Source: Eledone cirrhosa
Taxonomy: Eukaryota
NCBI GenBank assembly: GCA_964016885.1
Contig: OZ024740.1
Coordinates: forward strand, 20,026,001 to 20,090,000
Length of the DNA stretch: 64,000 bases
Direction of reading: 5' to 3'
This document shows, piece after piece, positions 63,904 to 64,000 of the stretch (position 1 is the stretch's first letter; each line of letters begins with the position of its first letter). The notes beneath the pieces were generated by a model. It did not search any database. It was not told the DNA's origin and saw nothing but the letters and a program-made list of their open reading frames with translations. The position numbers were made by a program, and so were the translations under genes.

Positions 63904-64000
63904 GCACACAACACACACACATACTCACATACAGCACACAACACACACATACTCACATACAGCACACAACACACACACATACTCACATACAGCACACACA
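63904..64000. repeat. ~30-bp CA-rich tandem repeat running off the window edge
   Basis: GCACACAACACACACACATACTCACATACA, three or more copies. Confidence 0.85.

Overview
Animal genomic DNA. The SINE and RTE repertoire looks cephalopod (Octopus-like); this is inferred from recognition, not a search. Bases 1-46437 are one uninterrupted satellite of about 1,600 monomers of 27 or 30 bp (GATGCAGTGTC[CTC]TCGACAGCTAACAACT) with nested multi-kb higher-order duplications. The monomer is a piece of the ORF2 C-terminus of a CR1-clade LINE. The array's right end runs directly into LINE sequence (WNKLP motif), and three ordinary truncated copies of the same LINE, each with a single monomer, lie at 56.8-61.8 kb. 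In two of them the monomer is bounded by a 7-bp GATGCAG direct repeat. About 1.3 kb from the array begins an intact 6-exon PSMG1 (PAC1, proteasome assembly chaperone 1) gene on the + strand (47753-58283, 267 aa). Its flanks and introns hold tRNA-derived SINEs, RTE and CRE-like LINE fragments, a mariner-type MITE, two long hairpins and two further minisatellites. One of those minisatellites also grew out of a dispersed element. The giant ORFs over the array are judged non-genic.
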